Source: Amphiscolops sp. MND2022 (Eukaryota). Taken from it: a stretch of 64,000 nt of DNA. The DNA is taken from assembly GCA_964187785.1 (NCBI GenBank), contig OZ076409.1, forward strand, positions 31,064,001 through 31,128,000. Reading direction: 5' to 3'. Positions 62,421 through 64,000 of this stretch are shown here, piece after piece. The notes under the pieces were generated by a model. The model made no database searches and was not told where the DNA came from. It saw nothing but the letters and a program-made list of their open reading frames with translations. Both the position numbers and the translations under genes were made by a program. The stretch's first letter is position 1; each line of letters begins with the position of its first letter.

Positions 62421-63037
62421 ATGAACAAATCCGGATCGATTGAAGCAATTATTGGCCCTATGTTTAGCGGGAAAACGACTGAGATTCTCAGACGGGTCAG
62501 ACGTTATAGTCATCGTCAAAAATCCTGCGTCGTGGTCAAATACGCAGGTGACTTGAGATACAGCTCCAAGCATGTTGTTTCTTACGACGGGTAATCACTT
62601 GAAGCAATTGTGACATTGACACCGGATGCAGTTTACGAAAAAATGTCGCAATATGACGTTGTAGGTAAGTTGTGGTACCTTGCTTTTCCATTCTTTTTTC
62701 TGAACAATTGCTCAAAAATCGTTTCAGGCATTGACGAAGGACAATTTTTCGATGACATTGTTGAAATGAGTGACCAATTGGCTATGGCAGGGAAAGTTGT
62801 CGTCGTCGCGGCACTGATTGGTAATCAGCGCAGAGAGGGCTTCAAAAAATTTTCAATCTCCTACCCAAACTTGCATCAAATAAGATGTTGACCGCTATTT
62901 GTGGTATGTGTTCGAAAGAGAAAAGTTGTTTCACAAGGCATCAAACATTAGTGGCACCAGAAGAAATAACAACTGGTGGTGAGAAAGAATTCATCACACT
63001 GTGCCGCAAGTGCTGGAAACTTGTAGAACAAAACTAA
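62421..63037 (+). pseudogene. TK1: Thymidine kinase 1-like gene with 63-bp intron (62665-62727), in-frame TAA and a frameshift
   Basis: [53 protein letters not shown]. Stop at 62592-94 and a frameshift in the A-run near 62850. Confidence 0.85.
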
Positions 63038-64000
63038 TGAAGAAATTGAGCATTTCAATCTCGATCACAAACACTTAATTAGCAACTAAATAACTCTGAT
63101 TTTCATGTGTAACCCGTTAAAGTAAAAGATTTAATTTCCAACTTTTCTAGTCAGAAGACACATAATGCAATTAGTCCAGTGAACAATTTCAGGACTTAGG
63201 AGCTTGAGCTAATTATTGGTTGTGGATGTTCAACTGGTGAGGTGCAGTTAATTCGTTTTCTGTGCTATAGAGTTTTCTTTCAACACGATTTTCTTTCATT
63301 GTTTCGAAAGTTTAAAAATATTTGTGTCAACTCAGTGAAAAATTCATTTTTCGGTCTCTTGTGCTGCACAAGCAAGCAGTGAACTTTTTAAAAACTCGCG
63401 ATAATGTTATTTTGACAAAAACTCGCTCATTTTCATCTCATTGAATTGTCAGCAAGTTTCAGAGAACTTCCGGCGCACACACCTGTCACCATTTTCAACA
63501 GAACAAATCAAGTTAGGTTTTGAAACGAGTGATTAAGGGTCGTCCGATTGTGCTGCCCCGGGAACCTCTGATTTGATATCCAACGTTCCCTTGATTAATT
63601 TTTCGGTTTGCAGAAAACTTCGCCGTTCCAATACTTGAGCGAATGGGTGAAAATTTCATCGCTAAATACAGCCTAATTTTCCAGGTAGATTGCTGCGAGC
63701 ATCGTGAATGAACCAAGGCTGAATGTTGTTTCGGTTGGTATCAGACAATCAACAAAGAGTGCATAGCAACAAATTGTACATTGCGTCACTGATGTCACTA
63801 CACAAAGCAAAATACCCAGAGAACTGCAATCCAGCCATCAATTCTACCAACTCCAATGCGAGCAGCAGAGAGAATGCTATGTGCTGATGAGAGCAGAACG
63901 CGGACTGGTTCCCGGATAAGCGCGGGAGCCTGAGTTTTGAACAAAAGAAGATATGAAGATGTAGCATTTCGTCTTTCTGATTGAAAATTGAGTTTTGAAA

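Noticed and set aside
62590..62597. TAA in TK as a splice donor or alternative genetic code
   Set aside because: TK homology continues in frame directly after the stop, and the other ORFs in the window terminate normally at TAA.
63513..63967. Short minus-strand ORFs at window end; CTGATGAG as a hammerhead core
   Set aside because: No recognisable protein motif, and no GAAA or stem II at the required spacing.

Overview
AT-rich eukaryotic (animal-like) genomic DNA, almost entirely mobile elements, with one 200-N scaffold gap (25673-25872). From left to right: (1) 1-~8000, the 5' part of a degenerate Helitron/Helentron on the minus strand. Its Rep (HUH) gene appears to be preceded by an AMSH-like JAMM/MPN domain, two C2H2 fingers and a 36-bp repeat. 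Upstream lie co-oriented intron-containing genes (two SGNH hydrolases, small ORFs) and a dispersed 15-bp motif. (2) 8.8-15.4 kb, a decayed Gypsy remnant with an antisense ORF, tandemly duplicated (~3.03 kb). (3) piggyBac-type elements and a tRNA-SINE. (4) Two consecutive exons of a host adenylate kinase 9-like gene (21166-21381, 51452-51602), separated by a ~30-kb intron. (5) Inside that intron, a Polinton/Maverick (adintovirus-like) endogenous element, 23914-49025, with AGTAGT termini and a 6-bp TSD GCAGTC. It encodes pseudogenised pPolB, integrase, major and minor capsid and two different A32-like ATPases. Its core is tandemly amplified, it has a ~195-bp foldback, and many GC-rich mini-hairpin repeats are inserted even inside ORFs. 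(6) An intact Mag-like Gypsy LTR retrotransposon (52489-58550; identical 191-bp LTRs; WLDD RT motif). (7) MITEs, an 84-bp satellite and a disrupted intron-bearing thymidine kinase gene. All family assignments come from motif recognition by eye; no searches were run.
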